Virus record (IMG/VR): IMGVR_UViG_3300032304_001448
Span: 4,207-68,206 of that record
DNA from: a virus
Taxonomy: Duplodnaviria; Caudoviricetes
Reading direction: 5' to 3' (one strand)
Length of the DNA: 64,000 nucleotides
Under the pieces are notes generated by a model. It had not been told where the DNA came from. It worked only from the letters and a program-made list of their open reading frames with translations, and made no database searches. Both the position numbers and the translations under genes were made by a program. This document shows positions 38,928 through 47,569 of this stretch, in pieces. The first letter of the stretch is position 1; each line of letters begins with the position of its first letter.

Positions 38928-39151
38928 GCAATTTTAGCCGCAATCTCGGGAAGAATTTCGCGCCAATGGTTCGCGATCCAAGCCGCCGCAATATCAGCCG
39001 CCGCAATCTCTTGTTCGTGAGTTTCGGCTTTATTCAAATGGTCCCAACAACCGAAAACTGCCGCCGAATTGAATAGCCGATCGGCTTCAAAGTCATCGCA
39101 AGAGAGGTCAAAAGGGAGAGCCGAATTGAGGATGTATTGATTGAGTTTCAT
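38924..39151 (-). CDS. hypothetical early protein
   Basis: Start downstream of motif copy 39166. Confidence 0.55.
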   Translation of the reverse strand: MKLNQYILNSALPFDLSCDDFEADRLFNSAAVFGCWDHLNKAETHEQEIAAADIAAAWIANHWREILPEIAAKIA

Positions 39152-39193
39152 AGTGTTCAAATATAAAGAGGCCAGCGGTCCGGGCTTAGTGGT

Positions 39194-39445
39194 TCAGGCT
39201 ACAAAAACTGCCGGGTAGTCTTTGGGGTATTGGCCTTTCACATATCTCCCGCCTGACGGTCCGTTTTCCCCGGCGATATATCCAAGCCAGCGTTCCCGGT
39301 TGAAGTTGGGATTCTCTTTCGCGAAGTATTCGGCGAAATCGTTGATGATTTCCCGGACGTGACGTTCAGGTGATGCCGGGACATTCGTCGCTTCCAAGGA
39401 TGCTTTGAGAATCTCGGCGATTTTGATGAAGTGTTTCTTGGTCAT
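39194..39445 (-). CDS. conserved small phage early protein
   Basis: MTKKHFIKIAEIL...FAKENPNFNRERW motif. Confidence 0.7.
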   Translation of the reverse strand: MTKKHFIKIAEILKASLEATNVPASPERHVREIINDFAEYFAKENPNFNRERWLGYIAGENGPSGGRYVKGQYPKDYPAVFVA

Positions 39446-39505
39446 TACATAAACAAGAGGCCAGCAGTCGGTTGAAATAACACCATAACAGAGTAAACTG
39501 GAGCG

Positions 39506-40012
39506 ATGGGTAAACCCTCTCTCCCGGTCGATTGGGATGTCGTCAAAGGTCTTTATTTGCAAGGCGTCCCGGTTGCGACTCTTTCGGAACGCTTCGGGAT
39601 CAACGCAAATACCTTACGTGCAAAAGCTTCCAAGAAAGGATGGAACGCGATCGTCGGAACAGAGAAGGAACGCAAAGAGCAGATTACAGAGAAAAGCACG
39701 GCGATCGCTCGGGACATTTGGGCAGAGCGCCGGGAAGCTATCCGGGAAAACATCCACACCATTGGAAGCCGAATGACTACCTACGCTTCGCAACTACCTG
39801 AAGACCAACTGCTTGCCAAGGCTGATAAGGTAAAGATAGCGACAGAGATAGCGGGGAAGATTGTTGGCCTCGATCGACAAGAGGACAAGAACGTCGTAAA
39901 CATCGCACTGTTAGGGAGTTACACCGATTCAGGGAACATGGTGCAAGGTATACAAAGTGACACAATAGAGGGGGATTACTCTGTCGGACACAAAGATTCC
40001 GAACCCTTGTGA
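39506..40012 (+). CDS. terS: terminase small subunit
   Basis: N-terminal HTH (DWDVVKGLY..G.....LSERFGI...TLR..ASKKGW), helical middle, GLD...NVVNIALL tail. Confidence 0.65.
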   Translation: MGKPSLPVDWDVVKGLYLQGVPVATLSERFGINANTLRAKASKKGWNAIVGTEKERKEQITEKSTAIARDIWAERREAIRENIHTIGSRMTTYASQLPEDQLLAKADKVKIATEIAGKIVGLDRQEDKNVVNIALLGSYTDSGNMVQGIQSDTIEGDYSVGHKDSEPL

Positions 40013-40166
40013 CACCACCACCCACCCCACCAGAGTAGGGGGCCAGGCCGCGGTTCGCCCCTAGATCTATCATTATCATGGCTTGTAAATTTTTTGGCCC
40101 AAAATGGAATTATTAACTTTTCTCGGGGCCGGCAGGAAACTCCCCAGCGTGATGCTATATTAACAA

Positions 40167-40235
40167 CGCAGGAAAGGCTGGTGCCCCGACGGGTCTCATA
40201 AGCCTGTTGTCCGAGTTCGATCCTCGGTCCTGCAA
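40167..40235 (+). tRNA. tRNA-Met(CAT)-like, initiator-type C1:A72 mismatch, reduced D arm
   Basis: GCAGGA/TCCTGC acceptor, CTCATAA loop, CCGAG-TTCGATC-CTCGG T arm; TGcTATATT extended -10 upstream. Confidence 0.65.
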
Positions 40236-40312
40236 AATGATGGGGGTCTGAGTTCCGGAGAGATAAACCGGGTGGCCAGTTTACTGGGGAAACCCAGACC
40301 CCATCCCACTTT

Positions 40313-40531
40313 ATGAAAGCTACCCTGGAGTTCAATCTACCCCAAGACGACGAGGCCCTGACCGACGCCCGAAAGGGCTCCGACTGGCGATGGGCGGTCG
40401 ACGACCTCTTCAACTACCTCAAGTCGGAGACCAAGCACGCCGACCACTCGGCCGAGGAATACGCGATCTTCGACAAGGTCCGCGAGAAACTGGCAGAGAT
40501 CCTCGAAGAGCGGGATCTGAGGCGTTGGTAA
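40313..40531 (+). CDS. conserved small phage protein
   Basis: MKATLEFNLP.D...A..G..W motif. Confidence 0.75.
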   Translation: MKATLEFNLPQDDEALTDARKGSDWRWAVDDLFNYLKSETKHADHSAEEYAIFDKVREKLAEILEERDLRRW

Positions 40532-40680
40532 TGTCCGGCTGGCTGATCGCGGCGACCGGCGTGGCCTACGCTTGGGTTGCGATTGAGATGGCATTATCCG
40601 GTAAGTGGCCGTTGGCGATCGTGTGGGCCGGCTATGCTTTCGCCCAGATCGGGCTCTATATCGTCAGCCGGCAGGGCTGA
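40531..40680 (+). CDS. small two-TM membrane protein
   Basis: MSGWLIAATGVAY...WAGYAFAQIGL; TAATG overlap. Confidence 0.65.
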   Translation: MSGWLIAATGVAYAWVAIEMALSGKWPLAIVWAGYAFAQIGLYIVSRQG

Positions 40681-40693
40681 AAGCTCGATTTCA

Positions 40694-41010
40694 AGGGAAC
40701 TTCCTACCAAGTTCCCTAGGAGTTCCCAGGGAAGTTCCCACAGTTAAGTCGTTGATTTTCTTCATACTTACACCGAAAGGGAACTTGGGAACTTCCCCTA
40801 TACTTTTTCTTTTAAGAAAAGTATATAGGAGGGGACGCCCGTCCCCCCCGCGAGCGCGGACGTATACTCCCCGCGGGGAGGGCTCTTCCCCCCTTTTTGA
40901 GTTCCCAAGTTCCCATCGGGTCACAAACTGTTGTCCGACAGGGGTTTAACTGTGGGAACTCCCCCCTGGAACTTCGAGGGACGGGGAACTTCCCATACCC
41001 AGTTCCCCTG
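40694..41010. repeat. nested inverted repeats of GGGAACT units; putative replication origin
   Basis: 40729-40747 vs 40946-40964 (18/19 inverted); 40779-40793 vs 40900-40914 (perfect inverted); non-coding, between convergent operons. Confidence 0.6.
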
Positions 41011-41289
41011 CACCTTGTAGCCCTGTATCATGTTCCTCTGTATCCTGCCCCGAGGAGTAGAAAATGCTGAGAAGTTTTTGCGACTAAAGGGCAAATGAGA
41101 ATAACAACTCAGCAAAAACTATGCGTCGGACGTTTTCCACTTAAATAAGATCTCCTCTGTCGGGAGCCTATCTGAGTCCTTCCGGATGGGTTTGGCTTAA
41201 ATAAACCTGACACAAAACACCCTTAGTTTCTTACAAGACCGTCTCTGACGCTACACTGTGGCAGGGTTCCCGAAGCCCGTTTCGGGAAC

Positions 41290-41715
41290 CTAGACCCACC
41301 GGACCATGATCCCCGCTTCATGGAACATGGTGCGTGCTGCGGAGAAGCTCTCCTCCCATCGGGGAACCGTCTCGGCCGGGCAGTAGACTTCTTTGATGCC
41401 TGCTTGGACGATAGCAGCCGCACAGTGGGCGCACGGCTGGAAGGGGTAGACGAAGATCGAGTGGCCCTGGAGGGGCTCCTTGGCCCCGAGGATGGCATTC
41501 ATCTCGGCGTGCAAAGTGAACAACAGTTTTGAAGATCTATCGCTAATTCTATCCACCCGATCCTCGACCCCGCGGGGGAACCCGTTGAAGCCGACTGAGG
41601 CGATCGATCGATCTGGCCGGACGATGACGGCCCCGACTTGGCTACTCGGGTCCTTGGACCACGTTGCTACATGGCTGGCTAAGTTAATAAACCTCGCGGT
41701 CCATTTGGCGTTCAT
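41290..41715 (-). CDS. dCMP deaminase
   Basis: SKDPSSQVGA, GFNGFPRG, HAEMNA, PCAHC zinc motifs. Confidence 0.9.
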   Translation of the reverse strand: MNAKWTARFINLASHVATWSKDPSSQVGAVIVRPDRSIASVGFNGFPRGVEDRVDRISDRSSKLLFTLHAEMNAILGAKEPLQGHSIFVYPFQPCAHCAAAIVQAGIKEVYCPAETVPRWEESFSAARTMFHEAGIMVRWV

Positions 41716-41828
41716 AGTTTTGAGGCGGCGGTGGCAGGACTCGACACCTGCTTTTGTCACATATTCTCGTGTTATTTTGTGACGCTCCGTTGTCCGGCCG
41801 CGTGTCCATCCACGCCGCACCGCCATAT

Positions 41829-44150
41829 TTAATAAGGGTCGTTGTCCACCTCGACCGTCTCCGGCGTCGGCCGGGTCAGCCGGTATTTGTTCAGCTTGGC
41901 CGCTCCGCACCTTTTCTTGATGATCTCGATGTTCGGGTCTTGGCGGGAGACAAGCTGACTGAGTCGTGTTGAGAGAGTCCGCACCGGCCAATCGCGGATA
42001 ATCAGGGTGTTGTCGAAGGTGTCGTTAAGCGCCTGGAGGAATTCGACGGCGGTGCCCTCCCAGACATCGGTGGCGCTATCGACGCGCCGCCACCATGCGT
42101 TGATAAGGTCGCGCAGTTCCGCGTGCTTCCCGCCGGCATCAATCTTGTCCCGCACTTCTTGGGCGATGATCCCGCGGACGATGTAGCGGTTGGCCGCGTC
42201 GATATATTTGACCGGCACCTCCCACGCCTTGAGCCAAGCGAGGAAGGCGGGCAGTTCGATCTCCACGTCCTTGAGTTCTTCGACCGTCGGGCCTTCGTCG
42301 TAGGTTCTGAGGGCCAGAGCGATGATCTTATCCTCGTTCGAGATATCGAGAGCGGGGACGGCCTTGATCGAAACCGGATCGTCGTTGGCTGCGATGACGA
42401 CTCGGCCGCGCCACTCGACCATGATCGGGGTCAGATACTTCTCATGGTATTTGTGCTTCCCGTGGGCCACGAGCTTCTTCACGTAGCTCGCGTAGCGTTG
42501 AAGGGCTAACTCAGACTCGGCGGCACGGGAGTCATCGATGATGGCGAGCGGGGACTGGAAGAGATCGGCGTTGAATCCATTGCCTTCGCCCGACACAACC
42601 GAGGAGAGATCGGCGTAGCCGCCCATTGCCGGGGCGAGGAGGCGTTCGAGCAGGAAGGTCTTAAAGCAGTGCACCGGACCCACCAGGATCATGGCTTGTC
42701 CCATGCAGAGTTTCCCTTGTTCCGCGCTTTCGTAGAAGCGTTTCAGCCAGAAGAGGAAGATGTCCTTGTAGTCGAGGTGGGCGAAGACGTTGTCCAAGAT
42801 GGCGGCGTAGCGGGGAAAACCGACGCCCCAATCGTCTGCGGTCTCAGCGGCCTTGGTGATCTTCACGTTCTTCGCGGTGTTGAGGTATTTCTTACCGCCC
42901 TCGAACCAGAGTTCGTTCGGGTTGTAGAGGCTCGGGCCGGCACCGTCCACGCGGCGGTGGGTGCGAATGAAGGCTTTGGCTTTGTCCATCGGCGACATGG
43001 CCGCACCTTTCGGGGCGCGGTCGGAGATGTTGCGGCATTTGAGTTCGCTGGACAGCATCGCGACCATCTCGTAGCGCCAGATCCCGTCGCCCGCTTTCAT
43101 AAAGAAGGTCTTCCCGTCGTAGTAGATGTCTTCAAACTGTCCGCTCTTGCTGGCCGAAGTGAATGGTTTGCTAGAATCTGTCGAATCCTGACAGTTGGTA
43201 TCGTCGTCCGATACCTCCGCGTCGGATTCTAATCCCGTGGATTTCGACGGGTTCACGCGCCCAGCCTCCGGATTGAAGTAGATCAAGGTCTGAGCTTTGC
43301 CCGTATCCTTGCGAACGCACCCAGGAACCCGGGTCAGTCGCACCGCGGACATGGCGGCGGGGTCGGCTCCGAGTGGGACGACGAGGTCGGCGATCTCCGC
43401 GGCACGGGCCAAGTAGCCTTCGCGGTCTTTCTGGCCAACGCGCACGAGAGCGTGAGCGGACTTCGAACCCGAGGTAGTGACGGCGACGATTGGGAGATCG
43501 AGCTTGGTAAGGACACGGAGCCAGAGTTCCATTTCGACCGAATCGGATTCGATCAAGAGATACTCATAGGCGACCAAGTTCTCCTCGGCGCGTTGAGACT
43601 TCTTACCGAGCCGCGGAATCGGGAGAAACTTCCCGTTCACCGGGTTGACCATGATCCACGCACCTTCGGTATTGTTCGCAATCGCGCTGGTCACGAGTTG
43701 TTCGGGCATCGTATCGTTCCAGACGAGCTTCCCCTGGGACTGTTGGTCGGTGAAGATGATGTTCGCCTGCTTTGGGTAGAGGCAGCGAAGGAACTCGGCA
43801 GCGGTGATATCGGCGACCGCGACAGGCGAGGACTGGAGGAAATCTTCCACCGGAAGCGGGCCTTCCGCGGTCAGGGCCTTGAGCTTCTCGGGATCAAACG
43901 CCCGTTTGAGAGAGACACGGGCCTTGGGCTCGATCAGCCCCTCGACCTCGGCACGCACCTTGGAGACAGTGTCAACGATCTCGCGGGGTTGGGGTGGGCG
44001 CTCAAGGTAGTGGGTGATCCACTGGTCGATGAATTGGTCATCGTAAGAGTTAGCAACCAGCGCGTGCGCTGCGCCATACATCCATGAGTGGCATCCTTGG
44101 CCGGAGGCTGGGCATGGGTTTATTCCGAGTTCTTCAGGTGTGGGGTTCAT
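41829..44150 (-). CDS. primase-helicase (primase domain + superfamily-3-like helicase)
   Basis: LIESD, SGSKSAHA, RLTRVPG primase motifs; degenerate Walker A GPVHCFKT, IIDD Walker B. Confidence 0.75.
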   Translation of the reverse strand: MNPTPEELGINPCPASGQGCHSWMYGAAHALVANSYDDQFIDQWITHYLERPPQPREIVDTVSKVRAEVEGLIEPKARVSLKRAFDPEKLKALTAEGPLPVEDFLQSSPVAVADITAAEFLRCLYPKQANIIFTDQQSQGKLVWNDTMPEQLVTSAIANNTEGAWIMVNPVNGKFLPIPRLGKKSQRAEENLVAYEYLLIESDSVEMELWLRVLTKLDLPIVAVTTSGSKSAHALVRVGQKDREGYLARAAEIADLVVPLGADPAAMSAVRLTRVPGCVRKDTGKAQTLIYFNPEAGRVNPSKSTGLESDAEVSDDDTNCQDSTDSSKPFTSASKSGQFEDIYYDGKTFFMKAGDGIWRYEMVAMLSSELKCRNISDRAPKGAAMSPMDKAKAFIRTHRRVDGAGPSLYNPNELWFEGGKKYLNTAKNVKITKAAETADDWGVGFPRYAAILDNVFAHLDYKDIFLFWLKRFYESAEQGKLCMGQAMILVGPVHCFKTFLLERLLAPAMGGYADLSSVVSGEGNGFNADLFQSPLAIIDDSRAAESELALQRYASYVKKLVAHGKHKYHEKYLTPIMVEWRGRVVIAANDDPVSIKAVPALDISNEDKIIALALRTYDEGPTVEELKDVEIELPAFLAWLKAWEVPVKYIDAANRYIVRGIIAQEVRDKIDAGGKHAELRDLINAWWRRVDSATDVWEGTAVEFLQALNDTFDNTLIIRDWPVRTLSTRLSQLVSRQDPNIEIIKKRCGAAKLNKYRLTRPTPETVEVDNDPY

Positions 44151-44160
44151 TACGGCGTTA

Positions 44161-45537
44161 TTACTTGGTATATTGTTTAGAGATGATCGCTTCGGCTCCG
44201 AGGGGGAGGTCGCTACACCACGAGGGCGGTGTGCACATGATTTTCTCGACGGCTTGGCGATGGGCTTCGGCGTCGGATTCGTCCACCAGCAAAACTACTT
44301 CGTCGTGGACTCTTAGCAAAATTTCATAACCCGCGTCTTCCAGCGCCATGACGCGATCCATGAAGACATCACGGGCGAATGCCTGAGTGGCATTTTCTGC
44401 GAGGAGACCGCCATACAGTTTGACCTCCATCATTTTGCCGAGACGGGGCAGGAGTCCGGTGATCTCGCCGTTGTGGCGCTTGATCTGTCGGTAGACGAGT
44501 TCGCGGCCGGAGGGTAGGGGGATGGTCAGTTCGCGGTCATTCGGATCGGTGGAGACACGCAGCGCCCGGTCGAGCTTCTTCCACAGCGCGATGATCTTCG
44601 GACTGGCCTCGCGATACGACTGCACAATCGATGTCGCTTCCTGCAAAGTTATGTCGAGTCCGGCCAGCATCTTGGCGACGACGACGAACTTCGCGGGTCC
44701 GCAGCCATAGCCGAGACCCAAGACACGGGCCTTGGCGAGAAAGCGCATCTTCGGATCCACTTCCTTGAGCGGTCGCGGATCGTTGTAGCCCATTGTGGCA
44801 CGAGCGTGCGCTTCGTAGATGTCAACGCCGCTGGCGATCAGATCAAGGAGTTCACGATCCTTGGCGAGGTAGGGCAGGCAGCGTGCTTCGATCTGGGCAA
44901 GGTCACAGATGACGAGCGTCTTGCCGGCCGGAGCTTCGATCAGCTTGCGGATGTCGACGCCGGCCACTTCACCCTTCGGGATGTTCTGACAGTTCCAGCC
45001 GCCACCGCCCGAGTCGCGTCCGGTCGTCGCGCCGAAGAACTTCAACTCATAAGGCATACGCCCATCGGGGCGGGTGCGAGCGATCATTGTGGTCACCGTG
45101 TTGAGGTGTTTATTCGCTTTGCGGTAATCCCTGACCGCCCGCACCCACTTAAATTTATCAGAAAATTCAGCCTCCCATGCCGCGCCTTCGGGATCCTTCT
45201 CGGCAAAAGACTTGGGGGCCCGGATACCTTCCTTCTCGCACTGGTCGCGGATCGCTTGCAGCGAGAGCGGAGGATACTCGCCACCGATCCACGGAAGCAG
45301 GGCTTCGGCACGGCGCTTCTCCAAGATGAGTTTATCCCGCGCCTCGATCAGCCGGTCCATGTTGACCGGCACCCCGCGCATTCCCATCTGGCGCGTCATG
45401 GCCGAGATCCGCCATTCACGGTCGGGCATCTTCTCGGCGAACTGCTGCCAAAGCATGAAGGTCGCTTTAATGTCCAGCAGCGCGTAGCGGGCGACTTCTT
45501 TTTTGAAGTCGTTGGTCATGTAAGGGGATTTAGGCAT
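44161..45537 (-). CDS. family A DNA polymerase, ExoIII + polymerase domain (C-terminal part of split gene)
   Basis: YALLD; TTGR.SG; DLAQIEAR (motif A); R..AK...LG.GYG (B); VHDE (C). Confidence 0.9.
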   Translation of the reverse strand: MPKSPYMTNDFKKEVARYALLDIKATFMLWQQFAEKMPDREWRISAMTRQMGMRGVPVNMDRLIEARDKLILEKRRAEALLPWIGGEYPPLSLQAIRDQCEKEGIRAPKSFAEKDPEGAAWEAEFSDKFKWVRAVRDYRKANKHLNTVTTMIARTRPDGRMPYELKFFGATTGRDSGGGGWNCQNIPKGEVAGVDIRKLIEAPAGKTLVICDLAQIEARCLPYLAKDRELLDLIASGVDIYEAHARATMGYNDPRPLKEVDPKMRFLAKARVLGLGYGCGPAKFVVVAKMLAGLDITLQEATSIVQSYREASPKIIALWKKLDRALRVSTDPNDRELTIPLPSGRELVYRQIKRHNGEITGLLPRLGKMMEVKLYGGLLAENATQAFARDVFMDRVMALEDAGYEILLRVHDEVVLLVDESDAEAHRQAVEKIMCTPPSWCSDLPLGAEAIISKQYTK

Positions 45538-45772
45538 CGGGCTTCTTCAATACAAAGGGTCTTGGTAGCAGGATCGGCCGCTGTCCCGCCTTCCGGCTGG
45601 TTGTCTTGCGGCGGTAGCCGATCAAGGCCAGGTCGTCGCCCGACTTCGCGATGATCGGGATGAGCCGGCCCTGCTTCACGAGGCGCTCGATCTTCGGCAT
45701 ACCGTGGCGTTGTTTTGCTTGGTTGGTGGCTGTTCGTTGCACGACAGACCCGTCTTTCAGTCCGTAGCTCAT
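45530..45772 (-). CDS. small basic protein inside polymerase insert
   Basis: Coupled ORF (ATGA overlap). Confidence 0.6.
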   Translation of the reverse strand: MSYGLKDGSVVQRTATNQAKQRHGMPKIERLVKQGRLIPIIAKSGDDLALIGYRRKTTSRKAGQRPILLPRPFVLKKPDA

Positions 45773-46179
45773 TGTTCAGATAACTCCTTTAAGGTCTTGA
45801 GGCATTGGTTCATCTGCATCCCGTCCATGACGCGGCAGGACGAAATCTTGTTCGGACGAAATACGGTTCCGCTGTCTGATTCCTCCTCGATCTCCAATAG
45901 CCGGATCAGTTCACGGACGGTGTCCCGGTATTCCTGATTGAGTTCGGCGGCGGGCTCACAGGCATAACAAGTGCCTTGGTATCCTTTACGAATACTTTCC
46001 AGCTTCGATCGCAGGTCTGCTTCCCGCTCCGCGCTCATCCCAAGCAACCGGGCCTGTTCTAAGCACTCGGCTTGAGCGGCATCTCGCTGATCCTCAAACT
46101 CGGCCAGCGCGTCGAAGACGTTAGTCTTGCCCTGCCGCCACCGTTCGATGGCTTCTCGTGTGTGGGGATGATCCTTCAT
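45769..46179 (-). CDS. coiled-coil protein inside polymerase insert
   Basis: ECLEQARLLGMSAERE..L; C.ACE; EESDSG..F.P..ISSCR. Confidence 0.65.
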   Translation of the reverse strand: MKDHPHTREAIERWRQGKTNVFDALAEFEDQRDAAQAECLEQARLLGMSAEREADLRSKLESIRKGYQGTCYACEPAAELNQEYRDTVRELIRLLEIEEESDSGTVFRPNKISSCRVMDGMQMNQCLKTLKELSEQ

Positions 46180-46379
46180 CGTCTGACAAATGTTTGCCCG
46201 CCCAGCCACATCGCGTTGAGATGCTCGTGGGAGTAGTCCGGTTTCCAGAAGAAAGCCGAACGGCAGTGGGTTTTGCGGTCTTCCTCGAACGTGACATAGC
46301 CATCGTTCTCGTGGCCGAATTCTTCGGGTGTGCGCCATCCGGAGATGGCTTGGAATACTTTTAAGAGTCCTTGGTCCAT
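46176..46379 (-). CDS. small protein inside polymerase insert (MDQGLLKVFQ...)
   Basis: ATG overlaps Lys-Trp codons of exo gene, AAGGA upstream. Confidence 0.55.
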   Translation of the reverse strand: MDQGLLKVFQAISGWRTPEEFGHENDGYVTFEEDRKTHCRSAFFWKPDYSHEHLNAMWLGGQTFVRR

Positions 46380-46846
46380 TTCATTCCTTTCATGTTGTCT
46401 CGGGTGGATTTGCTCATCTCGATCCCGAGGAGATGTTTGGCTGCTTCTTTGAGCGACCTGGGGTAGCCCATGTAGGCGGCAAGGTCGGCTGTATCGAAGA
46501 CGTAGCGAGGCGCAACCCCAGGCACCTTGCCGGTCTCGACGAGGGCCTCGAAGAGCGTCAGGTCGAAGGCTGCGTTGTGCATTATCCAATCTCGAAAGTG
46601 ACATTCAGACCAAGGGGCATCTGCTGGCTGGCCGACGTAACACGTCCCGTCGTCGAAATACATCGCGACCATATAGATGTCGGTTTCGCGAGCATACTTC
46701 CAAGCGCCCATAGTGGTGACGCTAATGTCCTTGTCATAGTAGGACTCGAAGTCGATCGCGACAGAAGGGTGCCGGGGGAGGACTAGTTGACGCCCCGCCT
46801 CCCCAGACGGGTTGTTTGATGAAGTGGTCTCCCCCGGCGAAGTCAT
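46361..46846 (-). CDS. family A DNA polymerase 3'-5' exonuclease fragment (ExoI + ExoII; N-terminal part of split gene)
   Basis: IDFESYYD (ExoI), HNAAFD (ExoII), DTAD, PRSL. Confidence 0.85.
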   Translation of the reverse strand: MTSPGETTSSNNPSGEAGRQLVLPRHPSVAIDFESYYDKDISVTTMGAWKYARETDIYMVAMYFDDGTCYVGQPADAPWSECHFRDWIMHNAAFDLTLFEALVETGKVPGVAPRYVFDTADLAAYMGYPRSLKEAAKHLLGIEMSKSTRDNMKGMKWTKDS

Positions 46847-47034
46847 AGCTCGTAAACCTCCACGGGCATGTGGTCTTGCGCCCAAAGGATTTCAGTTAGT
46901 TGATTCCCTGCGAAGACGCAGAGGTCTTCGACTAGTTCCTCTTGGGCGGCGATCTCGTCGATCAGTTGTCCGAGCGTTGTAAAAGAGTCACGCGGTCCGA
47001 AATTGATGCGACCGATGGTGTAGTCAGTGTTCAT
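46843..47034 (-). CDS. small hypothetical protein
   Basis: MNTDYTIG start; ATGA overlap with exo gene. Confidence 0.55.
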   Translation of the reverse strand: MNTDYTIGRINFGPRDSFTTLGQLIDEIAAQEELVEDLCVFAGNQLTEILWAQDHMPVEVYEL

Positions 47035-47281
47035 AGAATTGTTTGAGGATCGCCCGTTTTCGCAGGGCTTTGACCCGCACCTCCGTTCGCCTGCGATGTT
47101 TCTGCGCGAGTAGTCGTTGTTTGAGGTGGGGTCGTGAGGATCGGTGCCACTTGTTGCAGTATTGGCATCGATAAACTCGGAAGTCCTCCGACCGTTCGGC
47201 TGATGCCGCTTCCTTGGAGTCGAACGGCCGCTTCCGTAAACAAGCTCGGCCGTAAGCGAGATTCTCCGAAACGTGCGGCAT
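47024..47281 (-). CDS. small zinc-finger protein
   Basis: C.RK..F.S...A ... YRC.YC..WH. Confidence 0.65.
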   Translation of the reverse strand: MPHVSENLAYGRACLRKRPFDSKEAASAERSEDFRVYRCQYCNKWHRSSRPHLKQRLLAQKHRRRTEVRVKALRKRAILKQFYEH

Positions 47282-47284
47282 AAC

Positions 47285-47458
47285 TCATTCTTCCTCCTTG
47301 GCCGCTTCACGCTTTTCTTCGCAGTCACACTCTCCGTAAAAGCCTTCGCAGTATTCGCAATACTCTTCCATTGGGTCGCTGCGTCTGGCCCAGTAGTGAG
47401 CCTCTTCAGCGTCCATGCCTTGCGCTTCGTCGCGGTCTTGATCGGGATCACTCGGCAT
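47285..47458 (-). CDS. small acidic Cys-rich protein
   Basis: MPSDPD...CEYC......CDC. Confidence 0.5.
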   Translation of the reverse strand: MPSDPDQDRDEAQGMDAEEAHYWARRSDPMEEYCEYCEGFYGECDCEEKREAAKEEE

Positions 47459-47569
47459 CGTCGTCTTCCCTCCCGCGTTTGATAGCCCAGGCGAACATCG
47501 CTCCGTAGGTTGAGAGCCCGCCGAGCAGCAGCCCGAAGCCCATCCCGACAAGAAAGAATCCTTCGGGGT

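Larger units (their letters stand above)
32827..39465 (-). repeat. 13 dispersed copies of GCTGGCCTCTT (minus strand) at early-gene boundaries
   Basis: AAGAGGCCAGC on + at 32827, 33723, 34182, 35265, 35981, 36566, 36800, 37454, 38213, 38408, 38839, 39166, 39455. Confidence 0.95.

Noticed and set aside
32827-39465. Early-region repeat as a CRISPR array
   Set aside because: Repeat is only ~11-16 nt, spacing is 200-1400 nt and irregular, and intervals are whole genes
32827-39465. Motif TGCTGGCCTC as complementary to the 16S rRNA 338 region (TGCTGCCTC)
   Set aside because: Needs a bulge, the match is short and that helix is not a known mRNA-binding site; likely coincidence
45517-46375. Group I/II intron or intein in the polymerase
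   Set aside because: Interval is fully occupied by coupled ORFs; no recognisable catalytic core, maturase or Cys/His-Asn intein ends
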